Positions 1 to 8,180 of a stretch of DNA of 64,000 bases are shown here, piece after piece. Below the pieces are notes generated by a model that saw only the letters and a list, made by a program, of their open reading frames with translations, was not told the DNA's origin and did not search any database. Every line of letters starts with the position of its first letter. Position 1 is the first letter of the stretch. Source of the DNA: Gemmatimonadota bacterium (GTDB lineage Bacteria; Latescibacterota; UBA2968; UBA8231); NCBI GenBank assembly GCA_038153405.1, contig JAYOYH010000013.1, positions 14,162 through 78,161 on the forward strand. The letters are read 5' to 3'. Both the position numbers and the translations under genes were made by a program.

Positions 1-151
1 GACTTTGCTTTGTTTGCGTTCGCCTTTTTTGGGTTCGAAGCCGGTTGTCTCTTCTTCTTCTTCCGTGAATAGTTCTTCGCCTTTTTGTTTCTTACCGACT
101 TTGCTTTGTTTGCGTTCGCCTTTTTTGGGTTCGAAGCCGGTTGTCTCTTCT
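1..151. repeat. Direct repeat, 55 bp identical at 1-55 and 97-151 (period 96 bp, in frame)
   Basis: gactttgctttgtttgcgttcgccttttttgggttcgaagccggttgtctcttct occurs twice and encodes EETTGFEPKKGERKQSKV on the minus strand. Confidence 0.95.
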
Positions 152-651
152 GCCGCCTGACCGGTGGCGACGACAGCGCCGGTGGTTGGAAGATCTGCTG
201 TGAGCGTGGACTGCAGCGATCCGCTCTGCGCCGGCAAATTTCCTTCCGGTACGTGGCCCTCGTCTACATCGCCCTCGTGCCCAAATAACGTGCTGTCCGG
301 AGCGGACGCGTCGTCAAATATCTCATCGTCCTCGTACTCCAGATCTTCGTCTTCGTCGCCAAAGAGATCGTCGTTGGGCAATAGGGCGGTGCGATCGCTG
401 GTGCTCTCTGTGCCGCGTGGCGCTTCTTCGCCGTCGGCGTCTTGCAGGAGCTGATCGATGCGCGTGCCGAGTGTGTCGTCGGCGTAGGACCGGGCTATGC
501 GCAGCGATTGGATAGAGCGCTCGTTGAGCAATTCGCCCTTTTCAATTAGCTCGACCAGTTGGCTAGCCCAAGTGCAGATGAGATAGCGCTTTTCTTCTCG
601 GTAGATGGTATTGGCCAGCGGGTGTTCAGCGGGAGTGTGGTCTGATGCCAT
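1..651 (-). CDS. Hypothetical acidic/low-complexity protein with 32-aa tandem repeat (3'-partial, runs off window)
   Basis: Not in ORF track. ATG at 651 overlaps the TGA of the upstream gene (TGATG). Frame is open to position 1: MASDHTPAEHPLANTIYREEKRYLICTW...DDLFGDEDEDLEYEDDEIFDD...EETTGFEPKKGERKQSKV. Confidence 0.75.
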   Translation of the reverse strand, partial: MASDHTPAEHPLANTIYREEKRYLICTWASQLVELIEKGELLNERSIQSLRIARSYADDTLGTRIDQLLQDADGEEAPRGTESTSDRTALLPNDDLFGDEDEDLEYEDDEIFDDASAPDSTLFGHEGDVDEGHVPEGNLPAQSGSLQSTLTADLPTTGAVVATGQAAEETTGFEPKKGERKQSKVGKKQKGEELFTEEEEETTGFEPKKGERKQSKV

Positions 652-1733
652 CAGAGCACAAGGGTGGGGTATAGGCCGGGCCACAGGCGCCGCGATCTGC
701 GCCAGTGGGGCAGGCCGACTTTGCCGTGAATGGCTATTTTCTGGTTTTTTTGCACGGTGTATACCTGGTGCACCATGCCCTGTCCCTTCCTGTAGCGCGT
801 CGACGTGCAGGAATTGCAGTTTTGCTCGAAGCGGTGTTCTTTAAGCGCCTCTCCGCAAAGAATGCGATCGTAAATGTCTTCTAAAACGGTTTTTTGCGCG
901 GCAGCCGAATCGTTGAGTGCCCAACTGTGTGCGTAGCTCAGCAGGCGCTTCTGCGGCTGACGCAGGGTGCAGTTGAGGTAGTCCAGTTCGCACAGTACCC
1001 AGCGCGATTGTGCCAGCGCGTCCGTGTAAAAAGGCTGCGCTTCGTACCAGTTGGGCACGGTGCGTCGCTTGTAAAAGTAGGAGCCAAAGCGCTCGCGCAG
1101 GTTCTCTAAATTACAGGGCAGTCTGCTATTCATGCCATCGCCGATCTGCGCGTGGCGAAAGAGCAGAATGGTCGATGCAAAGCGCTTCTGTAGTGCGGTT
1201 AGGTCGTGTTGTTCGAGAGCCTTGGCGACGTCTGCTATGAGGAAAAGTTTATCGATATAATGCCCGAGGGCGCTGAGGTAGGCAGCGTATTCTTCGCCGG
1301 TGAATGGGCAGCCGAGAATTTCTTCGTTCTGCTCCAGGGGAATGAAGCGTTCCATAAAGATCCACCGCGCCTTCTCCTGGGGTTCGAGCGAAGATAGTTC
1401 GGGGGCAGGACCGTCGAAACGGGGCGCTTTGCGGGTTGCTCGCCGAAGCCGTTCAGCCCTATCTTGGGTGGACCCTGCGTTGGCCGCGGCCGCGCTCAGT
1501 GCTGTTGCTGCGCCCTGTGCCTGCGTCAATTGGTCTACGACGGGTTTGACGTGGTAGCCCAGATCATAGGCCAATTGCTCGTCGCCAATGGGGTTTCCCC
1601 GATCGTTTTCGAGGTCTATGATGGCCTGGGCTAGGTCGTCTCGATTCACTATCCACTCGCGCGCGATGGGGTTGCATGCGCCTGCTGGATGCACGAATTG
1701 GTTGGCGGTGAGAAATGCGCGGCGAATCGGCAT
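651..1733 (-). CDS. Hypothetical protein (360 aa)
   Basis: Long ORF with normal composition, translationally coupled to the downstream ORF. No motif recognised. Confidence 0.75.
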   Translation of the reverse strand: MPIRRAFLTANQFVHPAGACNPIAREWIVNRDDLAQAIIDLENDRGNPIGDEQLAYDLGYHVKPVVDQLTQAQGAATALSAAAANAGSTQDRAERLRRATRKAPRFDGPAPELSSLEPQEKARWIFMERFIPLEQNEEILGCPFTGEEYAAYLSALGHYIDKLFLIADVAKALEQHDLTALQKRFASTILLFRHAQIGDGMNSRLPCNLENLRERFGSYFYKRRTVPNWYEAQPFYTDALAQSRWVLCELDYLNCTLRQPQKRLLSYAHSWALNDSAAAQKTVLEDIYDRILCGEALKEHRFEQNCNSCTSTRYRKGQGMVHQVYTVQKNQKIAIHGKVGLPHWRRSRRLWPGLYPTLVL

Positions 1734-1753
1734 CTCGTAGGCTCAGTAAACCT

Positions 1754-1762
1754 ATTATAACA
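1754..1762 (-). promoter_or_regulatory. Extended -10 sigma70 promoter (TGtTATAAT)
   Basis: Minus strand reads TGTTATAAT about 20 nt upstream of ATG 1733, inside an AT-rich divergent intergenic gap. Confidence 0.6.
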
Positions 1763-1797
1763 GCACAAAATAATAAAAAACCACGAAAAAAGTCAAC

Positions 1798-2682
1798 TTG
1801 CACCCGATAGCGCTTCACGTAGATAACACCCGCTTGAATCCGCGCAGCGCAGACGAATTGCTCGTCGAGTTTCTGCGCGTCATCCACGTTCACGCACCCG
1901 ATAGCCCGCTGGAAATCGACCTGAGTGCGCTGCGCTTTATCGACCCATACGGGCTGATCGTGCTCTGCCTAGTGGGGCGCTATGCGCGCACGGTGGTGCC
2001 GCACGTCAACTATCGGATGCCAAACGCCTATGCGCTGCGCCGCTATTTGGGACGGGTGCGCTTTGCACAGGCGCTGGATGGGATTGACATGCTAGGCCCA
2101 GAGTTGGTGTTGGATCCCGTTCGGGAGAAGGCCGATAGCGAGGCCCTCATGGAAATAACGCGGATACAGGCTCAAGCGGATGTTGAATCGCTGTTAGCCC
2201 AAATAGCCCAGCGAGTAGAAGCTATCTTGGCCGAGGAGTTGCTGTATACGGCGGTGGAGATCAACCAGTTCAAAAACGTGATTGCCGAACTGTGCCACAA
2301 CATATTGGATCACAGTATGAACTGGGGTTTTGCCACTGCTCAGCGCTATCTCGATCCGCGCAGCCGCAAGAAATACGTGGTGATTGGGGTGGGGGATCTG
2401 GGCATTGGCATTAAAAACAGCTTGGCCCAGCGCCACGACGTTGCCGAGTGGACGCATGCCGCGGCGATGCGCAACTCGCTTAAGCAGCACTTTTCGCGCG
2501 ATGAAAACCGCGGCTTGGGGCTGTATATCGTCAATCAGATCTGCAACCGCTACAGCGGCAGCCTGCACATGCGCACGGGGGATACGAGGCTCTACATTCG
2601 CGGGGGCAGCCAGTATGAACACGTTTCCATGCACTTCCCGGGAACGCAGATTGCCATTGCGCTCTATCAGCGCGACGCCTAG
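1798..2682 (+). CDS. STAS-like domain + HATPase_c (anti-sigma-factor-type kinase) protein
   Basis: N-terminal IDLSALRFIDPYG (STAS-like). C-terminal N-box AELCHNILDHS, G1 GDLGIGI, G2 NRGLGLYIV. No HisKA domain seen. Confidence 0.8.
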   Translation: MHPIALHVDNTRLNPRSADELLVEFLRVIHVHAPDSPLEIDLSALRFIDPYGLIVLCLVGRYARTVVPHVNYRMPNAYALRRYLGRVRFAQALDGIDMLGPELVLDPVREKADSEALMEITRIQAQADVESLLAQIAQRVEAILAEELLYTAVEINQFKNVIAELCHNILDHSMNWGFATAQRYLDPRSRKKYVVIGVGDLGIGIKNSLAQRHDVAEWTHAAAMRNSLKQHFSRDENRGLGLYIVNQICNRYSGSLHMRTGDTRLYIRGGSQYEHVSMHFPGTQIAIALYQRDA

Positions 2683-2691
2683 GAGGCCCCC

Positions 2692-2832
2692 GTGTTTGGA
2701 CAGGGACACAGGCCGCCCAAGCCTCCGCAGTACGAACCCATTCTCCTCATTCTGCTGGCCGTGCTCATCGCACTCGTGTTAACCGTGGGCTATGGCGCCC
2801 TGATGGTGCTGAGCGAGCGGGCTAGCCAATAA
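2692..2832 (+). CDS. Small single-pass membrane protein (46 aa)
   Basis: Not in ORF track. AGGAGG RBS at 2681-2686, GTG at 2692, MFGQGHRPPKPPQYEPILLILLAVLIALVLTVGYGALMVLSERASQ, TAA at 2830-2832. Confidence 0.65.
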   Translation: MFGQGHRPPKPPQYEPILLILLAVLIALVLTVGYGALMVLSERASQ

Positions 2833-2899
2833 CCCTACATATAGTTATAAGATGGCTGCCAATGCCCGCTATTTTGCGTTTGGCTGTGCGCAAAAGCGC

Positions 2900-2928
2900 T
2901 TGACAGAAGGCCGCGGCAACTCTACTCT
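2900..2928 (+). promoter_or_regulatory. sigma70 promoter TTGACA-N17-TACTCT
   Basis: Perfect -35, 17-bp spacer, TAnnnT -10, upstream of the STAS-wHTH gene. Confidence 0.6.
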
Positions 2929-3042
2929 TTACTTTAATTGAATTCATTTAAGCTGCTTTTAACTAGTCGGCTTAAACGAGATCTGGCGCCGGCTGCTGGC
3001 GCCGGGGCGAACGCGTTTACCACCATGGCGAGGACTAGGTTC

Positions 3043-3636
3043 ATGCAAGAAGCGGCTGTGCGCGCTGCGCAGAAGCGCGGTATTGATCGGGGCGCGCCCT
3101 TTGTCTTCGAGGCCGAACACGGCATTTTGAGTGGTCGCCCCAAGGGCGCGCTGCTGCTCGAGGCGCTGATGGCCCATCTACTCAACTGCGGTGACGAGTC
3201 GGCCGTAGCGCTCGATTTCTCGCGCGTGCAGTTCGTCGATGTCTCCTGTGCCGATGAGATGCTTAACAAGCTACTGCTGCGCCTGCGCAGCGGCGAGTTA
3301 AAAAGCCGTTTTGTCTTTGTCGTTGCGGCCAACGATTCGGTGTGCGAGACGCTCGAGGCCGTGCTGCAACTGCGCGACCTGGCGGTGCTCATGGAGGATA
3401 TCGAAGGGGGGATTCGCCTGCTCGGAGCGCTAAAACGCCCTATGCGGGAGGCACTCGACGTGCTGCTGGAGCGCAAGTGCGCCACGTCGGCAGAAGTGTC
3501 CGATCAGCTCGAAAAAAACGTCAATATCGTCTGCAATCGGCTGAATGCGCTGCAGCGGTTGGGGCTGGTTTGTCGCTTGCGCGATGGATCGGTCGCCGGT
3601 GGGGGCCGGCAATACTACTATGTTTCGATTCTCTAA
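3043..3636 (+). CDS. STAS-like (DUF4325-type) domain + winged helix-turn-helix protein
   Basis: VALDFSRVQFVDVSCADEML (STAS). C-terminal ATSAEVSDQLEKNVNIVCNRLNALQRLGLV..R..GGGRQYYY (wHTH). Start 3043 chosen from the upstream GAGGA; 3025 is an alternative. Confidence 0.75.
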   Translation: MQEAAVRAAQKRGIDRGAPFVFEAEHGILSGRPKGALLLEALMAHLLNCGDESAVALDFSRVQFVDVSCADEMLNKLLLRLRSGELKSRFVFVVAANDSVCETLEAVLQLRDLAVLMEDIEGGIRLLGALKRPMREALDVLLERKCATSAEVSDQLEKNVNIVCNRLNALQRLGLVCRLRDGSVAGGGRQYYYVSIL

Positions 3637-4306
3637 AATACACCTTACGTGGGCGGGCGCTCTGATCCTTTGCAGTGGGTTAGTGGTCTTTGCCCAACAA
3701 CTGCGCGCCGGTGTGCTGCGCGTGGGGGCTAGCGTCGAAAATTTCCGCGACGCGCCCAACGGACGCAAGCTGGGCACGCTGGACGAGGGCGTGGAAGTCG
3801 AAAAGATAGCGCAGGATGGCAAGTGGGTGCGCTTCCGCGTCGAGGGTTGGGTTTGGGGCCCATCTTTAGAGGGTTTTGAAGAAGAACAGCCGCGCCAAGA
3901 ACGGGCGTCAGAGCCGGCGCCGCGCCTGCCGCTGCAGGACGCCATGCCGCGCGTTAAGCGCCTGATCAACGAGGACTACGGCACCTTTTATGGACTGCAT
4001 ATCGACACCGACCTCGAGATTCTGCGCGTGCGGCTGCGCGTGAGCGACATTGGCCCAGAGCGCCTGCGCGTCCGCCAGCGCACCATTATGCAGCGGGTGT
4101 GGGCACTGGTCGGTGAAGAACTTGAAGTGCCGATCCGCTCCGTGCGGGTGGAGAGCAATCGCGCCGACGGCAGCGGGGCAGTGGGTGCAGTGTTGGCCGA
4201 ATGTGCGGTCGAAGTCCTCGAGGGCGAAGTGCTCGATGCTGCGGTTTGGGAAGGGGCCACGCGTTTTTCGAGCGACGCTGGACAGACGTGGGAAGGCGGA
4301 TCCTGA
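3620..4306 (+). CDS. Exported SH3b-like domain protein
   Basis: Signal-peptide-like MFRFSKIHLTWAGALILCSGLVVFAQ, then ENFRDAPNGRKLGTLDEG...DGKWVRFRVEGWVW (bacterial SH3-like). Overlaps the previous stop. Confidence 0.7.
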   Translation: MFRFSKIHLTWAGALILCSGLVVFAQQLRAGVLRVGASVENFRDAPNGRKLGTLDEGVEVEKIAQDGKWVRFRVEGWVWGPSLEGFEEEQPRQERASEPAPRLPLQDAMPRVKRLINEDYGTFYGLHIDTDLEILRVRLRVSDIGPERLRVRQRTIMQRVWALVGEELEVPIRSVRVESNRADGSGAVGAVLAECAVEVLEGEVLDAAVWEGATRFSSDAGQTWEGGS

Positions 4307-4399
4307 GGGGTGAGAGGGTCGCAAAAAAAGCGCCGGAGTATGGGGCGCGGTCGCTCGCGTGCCAAGCGCAGTGTACCTGGGGGAAAGAAGAAAAGCGCG

Positions 4400-5632
4400 A
4401 TGTTGGATTTATACGCCGTTAAAAACCAGATTGACCGGATGGTCGCCGACGAGCGCCGTGCCCAAGTCGACTATCGAGAAAAGCTGGAGATCGCTTTGCG
4501 CGAATATCGACACTGGCAGGCCGAATGGCCGGTGCTGGCCGAAAAAGTCGCGCGCTCGCGCACGTCTTGGCTGCTGCCCGGGCTGGTCGAGGGGCTCGGT
4601 GGCCTGCACGAGCGGCCTAGCCGTCCGCAACAAATCAGCATTGCCGCAACGGACGGTTCGCAAATCTTTCCCGACCGACACGAGATTTCTTCGTGTTTCC
4701 TCATCAACATAGGCTACATCCTGCTCCACTACGGCACGGGCGAAAAACCGTTGATGAGCAGCAAGCCGACGCTTTACTATCGCGAGGAGGAGATTTTCGA
4801 GGAGTGGGGTGGGCGCCGCATATTTGTCAATCGCGAGTTGGTCGGCACTAAGCGCAGCCTAATGGAATTCAGCGAATTAGCGGACTTAGCCATCGCCGCT
4901 CAGCAGGCTGGACACCGAGTGCTGGCCTGTTCCGACGGCACGCTGATCCAGTGGAGCCTAGAGGGCAAGCCGCAGGATTTCAAGGCACACGTTCTCAAGG
5001 AGACCCTGCGCGGATTTGATCAACTCGAAGAAGCCGGCATCCCCGTCGTCGGCTATATCAGCCAGCCGGGAAGTCAGGAATTGGTCAATGCGCTCAAACT
5101 GGGGCTGTGTCCCCTGCAGGTGGCCGACTGCGATCGCTGTCCCTGGCTGGGGGAAAACCAGCTTGGTTTGGACGGAGCCGAAAAGGCCGCGCTGCAAGAG
5201 CAGTTGTGTAACGGGCGCGTGCCCTGTAGCCCGATCGATGGCATAGGCGACGCGGTGTTGCTCAGTCGCGTTCTGCAGCCCGGCCAGCGCACGCCGGTCT
5301 TTCGCTCGTCTTCAAAGATTCTCGAGGAGTATGGTCGGCACTGGATTCACTTTTTCTACGTGCACGTGGGGCAGGAAATTGGCCGCGTAGAAGTGCCGCA
5401 GTGGGTGGCTGAGAACGAGGCGATGCTCGAGTTGGTGCACGCCTGCATCTGCGATCAGGCCGAAAAGGGCCAGGGATATCCGGTGGCCCTGTCCGAGGCG
5501 CACGAGCGCGCCGTCGTCCGCGGCGCCGATCGCGAGGCCTTCTATCGCTTTTTGCGCGACACGTTTGTAAAGAACGACATTCGCGCCAATATCTCGACGA
5601 AGAGCTTTAAAAAACGCCATGCGGGCATCTGA
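4400..5632 (+). CDS. nurA: DNA double-strand break repair nuclease NurA family
   Basis: AATDGSQ, CSDGTLI, GRVEVPQW and GQGYPVALSEAHERAVV motifs. Adjacent to HAS-barrel and HerA genes. Start at ATG 4400 preferred over GTG 4310. Confidence 0.9.
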   Translation: MLDLYAVKNQIDRMVADERRAQVDYREKLEIALREYRHWQAEWPVLAEKVARSRTSWLLPGLVEGLGGLHERPSRPQQISIAATDGSQIFPDRHEISSCFLINIGYILLHYGTGEKPLMSSKPTLYYREEEIFEEWGGRRIFVNRELVGTKRSLMEFSELADLAIAAQQAGHRVLACSDGTLIQWSLEGKPQDFKAHVLKETLRGFDQLEEAGIPVVGYISQPGSQELVNALKLGLCPLQVADCDRCPWLGENQLGLDGAEKAALQEQLCNGRVPCSPIDGIGDAVLLSRVLQPGQRTPVFRSSSKILEEYGRHWIHFFYVHVGQEIGRVEVPQWVAENEAMLELVHACICDQAEKGQGYPVALSEAHERAVVRGADREAFYRFLRDTFVKNDIRANISTKSFKKRHAGI

Positions 5633-5689
5633 GGTGATGGGTCGGTTGGGAACAACGCCGCGCCGCGTCTTTTTTACGGGAGGGCAGCA

Positions 5690-6343
5690 GTGAGCACGAT
5701 TGAAGAACCACAGAATCCACTGAGTCGTTTCCTAGGTGATGAAGCCGGTGCTATCGGCGCCTGGGATGCGCAAAAGACCCACGTGGGCGAAGTGGTCGAG
5801 AGCAGCACGACGGAGCTGGTTGCCGAGGCGCGCCAGCTGCACGGTGCCCCTTCGTTTGGCCAGTTTGTCCGCGTCGATTCCGAAGTGCCCATAATCGGCA
5901 TCGTGTTCAATGTTTTTACTCATTCGATCGAGCCCAATCGCCGTCCCACCGCCTACGGCAAGACGGAGGACGAGCTGCGCCTGGAACAGCCGCAAATCTT
6001 CGAGCTGCTGCGCACCGAATTTCAGGCGTTGGTCATTGGCTACGTCGATGAAACGGGTCCGGTGCAGGTGCTGCCGCCGCAGCCGGCGCGCATTCACAGC
6101 TTTGTCCACGTGTGCAGCGACGACGACGTGCGCGCCTTTACGCAGACCGACGATTACCTGCGCAGCATCCTCAATACGTCGAAGGTCCCCACCGATGAAC
6201 TGCTGATCGCCGCTCTGCGTCAGACGCTGCGCGCACATGGGGGCGATCGATCCTATTTAGTGCGCATGGGCAAGGAGCTTTCGCGCCTGTTGGGAGACGA
6301 CTACGATCGCCTGAGCTCCATTGTGCGCCGGGCGGCTTACTGA
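5690..6343 (+). CDS. HAS-barrel domain protein (HerA-associated)
   Basis: HVGEVVESSTTELVAE...APSFGQFVRV, LPPQPARIHSFV. Sits between nurA and herA. Confidence 0.8.
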   Translation: MSTIEEPQNPLSRFLGDEAGAIGAWDAQKTHVGEVVESSTTELVAEARQLHGAPSFGQFVRVDSEVPIIGIVFNVFTHSIEPNRRPTAYGKTEDELRLEQPQIFELLRTEFQALVIGYVDETGPVQVLPPQPARIHSFVHVCSDDDVRAFTQTDDYLRSILNTSKVPTDELLIAALRQTLRAHGGDRSYLVRMGKELSRLLGDDYDRLSSIVRRAAY

Positions 6344-6354
6344 GGGGGGCGGCT

Positions 6355-8043
6355 ATGGCCAAAAAGGGGAACAAGGGCGTGCAGCGCTCTGTGCGCGGTC
6401 AGGAGATCGGCGTTATTACGCGCGGTTCGCTGGTCGAAGGGTTGGAGATGAAGCTGGACGCCTCGCAGAATATAGAAGACATGAAGGCGGGCAAATTTGT
6501 CGTCATAGAAGGAGATAAGAACGATTTTTTCTCCATGGTGACCGATATGCGCCTTGACGCGAACAACCAGGACGTGCTGCTGCACCCGCCCCGCCAGGAA
6601 GACGAACTCCTGCGCCAGGTGCTCAGCGGTACTAGCACCTACAACATCGTCTCGCTGCGTCCGATGTTGATGATGCCCAAAAATGCCGACGGCGACGAAG
6701 GGCCACGTCCGGTAAAGGCGATCCCCAGCCATTTTTCGCAGGTGCAAGAGGCGATGGAAGACGATGTGGCAAAGATCTTCGGACGCGAGGGCGACGAGCA
6801 GGGGAAGTATTTCTCCATCGGTTCGCCGCTCGATATGGACACGCCCGTCTGCATCGATATGGTGCGCTTTGCCGAGCGCTCAAACGGTATATTTGGCAAA
6901 ACGGGCACGGGCAAGTCCTTTCTGACGCGCTTAGCGCTGTGCGGTCTCATTCACTTTGACAAAGCCGTCAATCTAATTTTCGATATGCATAACGAGTACG
7001 GCTTCAAGGCGATGAAGGAGACGGGCCAGAGCAATTCGACGTTTGTCAAAGGGCTCAAACAGCTCTTTGGCGAACGCGTGGCGATTTTTTCCCTCGATCC
7101 GCAGTCTACGCGCGCGCGCGGCGTGCAGCCCGATCACGAAGTCTATATATCCTATGATCAGGTCACCGTCGACGATGTGGCTACGCTGCAAGATGAGCTT
7201 AAGCTCAATCCAACAGCGGTCGAATCGGCCTACTTGGTCTATGCGCTTTACAAGGACCGCTGGCTGCGCACGCTGCTGGCGCAGGAGGGGCCCGACGTCG
7301 AGGAGTTTGCCAAGGAAATTGGCGCCCATCCCGGTTCGCTGGTCGCGCTGCACCGCAAGCTTAAGCGCCTGGAAAACTTTCCCTTTATGGTGCAAAAGGG
7401 ACACGCTGACGGCGACGTCGTCGATCGTATTATGGAGTACCTCGATCGCGGCATCAACGTCGTGCTCGAATTTGGCCAGCAGACCAGCATGCTATGCTAT
7501 TTGCTCGTCGCCAATATCATTTCGCGGCGCATTCACGAGATGTATGTCAAGAAGAGCGAGCGCTTTTACTCGACGCAGAAACCCGAGGACCAGCCGCGCC
7601 AGCTGATGATTACCATTGAAGAGGCGCATAAATTTCTCAACCCCTCAGCGGCCAAGCAGACGATCTTCGGCACGATTGCGCGTGAGATGCGCAAATACTA
7701 CGTATCGCTGCTGGTCGTCGACCAACGCCCCTCCGGGATCGACGATGAAGTGCTGTCGCAGATCGGCACGCGGATCACGGCGTTGCTCAACGACGAGAAG
7801 GATATCCAGGCCGTGCTGACGGGAGTCAGCGGCACCGACGGTTTGCGCAGCGTGTTGGCGAGTCTCGATTCTAAGCAGCAGGCTCTGGTCATCGGTCACG
7901 CCGTACCCATGCCAGTGGTGATCAAAACGCGCGAGTATGGCGCGCAGTTTTACCGCGATATGGGGTGCTTAGACGATATGCCTGCTGGAGAGCGGCGTGC
8001 CCAGGTGCAAAAAAAGACCAGTGCGCTGTATGGAGACAATTGA
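6355..8043 (+). CDS. herA: HerA/FtsK-family ATPase (DUF87)
   Basis: N-terminal HAS barrel, Walker A GKTGTGKS, IFDMHNEY, Walker B ITIEEAH, REMRKY, VDQRP. Confidence 0.9.
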   Translation: MAKKGNKGVQRSVRGQEIGVITRGSLVEGLEMKLDASQNIEDMKAGKFVVIEGDKNDFFSMVTDMRLDANNQDVLLHPPRQEDELLRQVLSGTSTYNIVSLRPMLMMPKNADGDEGPRPVKAIPSHFSQVQEAMEDDVAKIFGREGDEQGKYFSIGSPLDMDTPVCIDMVRFAERSNGIFGKTGTGKSFLTRLALCGLIHFDKAVNLIFDMHNEYGFKAMKETGQSNSTFVKGLKQLFGERVAIFSLDPQSTRARGVQPDHEVYISYDQVTVDDVATLQDELKLNPTAVESAYLVYALYKDRWLRTLLAQEGPDVEEFAKEIGAHPGSLVALHRKLKRLENFPFMVQKGHADGDVVDRIMEYLDRGINVVLEFGQQTSMLCYLLVANIISRRIHEMYVKKSERFYSTQKPEDQPRQLMITIEEAHKFLNPSAAKQTIFGTIAREMRKYYVSLLVVDQRPSGIDDEVLSQIGTRITALLNDEKDIQAVLTGVSGTDGLRSVLASLDSKQQALVIGHAVPMPVVIKTREYGAQFYRDMGCLDDMPAGERRAQVQKKTSALYGDN

Positions 8044-8180
8044 TCGTGCCCCTTGGGCAGGTCGTCGAAGCGCAGGCCTATTTTGTTCGCTTTCTCGAGC
8101 TGGCTCCCGACGACGGGCGCGGTGACGGCGTGCGCCACTATCTAGCGTCTCTGGACAAATGAGGCGGTAAATCCCTGCCC

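Noticed and set aside
1..151. CRISPR array
   Set aside because: Only two visible copies of 55 bp, the period is a multiple of 3 inside an open reading frame, and no cas genes are present.
4400..8043. Known HerA anti-phage systems (Sir2-HerA, DUF4297-HerA)
   Set aside because: The partner is NurA plus a stand-alone HAS barrel, the repair-type arrangement. No Sir2 domain or mobile-element context is present.
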